From Macrostomum hystrix (Eukaryota; Animalia; Platyhelminthes): DNA of 64,000 nt. Made by a program: the position numbers and the translations under genes. The stretch covers positions 992,001 through 1,056,000 of the forward strand of contig CATNEN010000010.1 of the NCBI GenBank assembly GCA_950097015.1, read 5' to 3'. Shown piece by piece: positions 63,101 through 64,000 of this stretch (positions are counted from its first letter, which is position 1; each line of letters starts with the position of its first letter). The notes beneath the pieces are model-generated. The model did not search any database, had not been told where the DNA came from, and saw only the letters and a program-made list of their open reading frames with translations.

Positions 63101-63406
63101 TCGTGCAATTTACGCCCTTAAGGGCCAACCTCCAAGGCATCGTGAAATGTACTCTGCCTGACGATGAGAAAGTCAGAGCAGATGTACACACCTGTGTGAG
63201 CGTGTGCCTGCGTACGGTATCTGTGTGCGTGTGTGCTCAGGAGTCCGCGAAATGGGCAGAATTGCCTCCTCGCTGGCTGCGTGTCTAGTGTCACCAAATG
63301 ATGAGCCATTGTCCGCAGCGCTCCTGCAATTATTATTATTATTATTATTATTATCATCCTGACTTACCACGGGTGAACGCCTCGCAGAACTGGCTCCGCA
63401 GCCCAT
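60118..63406 (-). CDS. KY (kyphoscoliosis peptidase)/hillarin-like transglutaminase-fold protein, ~739 aa. Exons 63406-63368, 62576-62502, 62399-62284, 62203-62075, 61978-60118
   Basis: Spliced model: MGCGASS start, FRQLDERV, ELDKIRAVYKWITRNLVFD, NHEWFAV..GKWGFVD, DFYFLPAPETFLNDHFP, WQLM; then a duplicated ~220-aa C-terminal module. Confidence 0.8.
62600..62870. repeat. 38-bp minisatellite in intron 1 of the KY-like gene
   Basis: TAGACATGCACCAGTGTGTTAGACATTAATAGGTGGGT tandem. Confidence 0.9.
62980..63355 (+). mobile_element. tRNA-derived SINE with (ATT)n tail
   Basis: A box GGTGGCCGAGCGG, B box GAGCTCGATTCC, body shared with the 57.9-kb copy, 3' ATT microsatellite tail. Confidence 0.8.
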
Positions 63407-64000
63407 TTTTTGCTCTCTTGAGCATAGAGCTCTTAAGAAAATCTGTTAGCTAAGAGCCTTTTGAGTATTGTATCGAATCGTTTAAAAACGGCGCGTTAAA
63501 GATTCAAGATCAGTTTTATCTGATCGAGCACTGTGATATGAGGCTGCTCAACTCATTCAGCGGGCCGTCTGAATTTGCTCGCCGATAAGAAGGCGCAGTA
63601 ATTTCAGTGAGGTCCCAGAGTTCTGGTGTGCAACTCGTACTTACAGCTCTTATCGTAGAGCAGAATCTGCAGTTTACAATCCTTAGCCATGACAAGCAGT
63701 CGCCAATGAGCTTTTATTAACGAAATTCCTTAGTTAACGCAGGTCGAAAATAGTCAGAAAATTCAGTGGTGATAATTTAGTACAGATTTTTACTAGTGGT
63801 AGATAGGGCACTTTTGCGTGGCCAGTCCGAACAAGCAGCAGAAAGCTCTGTCAGCTGCACTGACTACTATCGCCCATTCGTCGGTGCGCAGACACCTGGA
63901 CGCGTCAGAGGCATCGGAAACTTTTTGTTGCGAGAAATTCCAGGTGATCAGGCGGTTTATGAAAAGCGCGCGGACGAGTCGATTCCTGACGGGAGTGCCG

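Noticed and set aside
63860-64000. Coding exon at the window end
   Set aside because: One + frame is open, but it is truncated by the window and has no recognisable motif.

Overview
Eukaryotic (metazoan) genomic DNA with GC-rich exons and GT-AG introns, most of which hold an intron-specific minisatellite. This style, plus poly-Q tracts and a WSC-domain protein, suggests a macrostomid flatworm such as Macrostomum lignano (inference only). Gene models assembled by hand: MRPL38 (+, 5 exons), eIF3j (+), TIMM13 (+), bifunctional membrane PAM (-, 5 exons), two knottin-like secreted peptide precursors (+), an atypical rhodopsin-type GPCR (-), a WSC+PAN secreted protein (-), RNF144 RBR E3 ligase (-), GRK2/3 kinase (+, 6 exons) and a KY/hillarin-like transglutaminase-fold protein (-). 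Mobile DNA: a full-length decayed BEL/Pao LTR element with 282-bp LTRs and a 5-bp TSD, a piggyBac fossil, tRNA-derived SINEs, a MITE-like foldback and a hAT end. The best unexplained signals are five diverged U16/snR87-like C/D snoRNAs in one MRPL38 intron, conotoxin-like peptide genes beside the amidating enzyme PAM, an operon-like MRPL38-eIF3j-TIMM13 trio, and a lipid-anchored KY-like protein lacking its catalytic Cys. All alignments are by eye from memory; no searches were run, and repeat boundaries are approximate.
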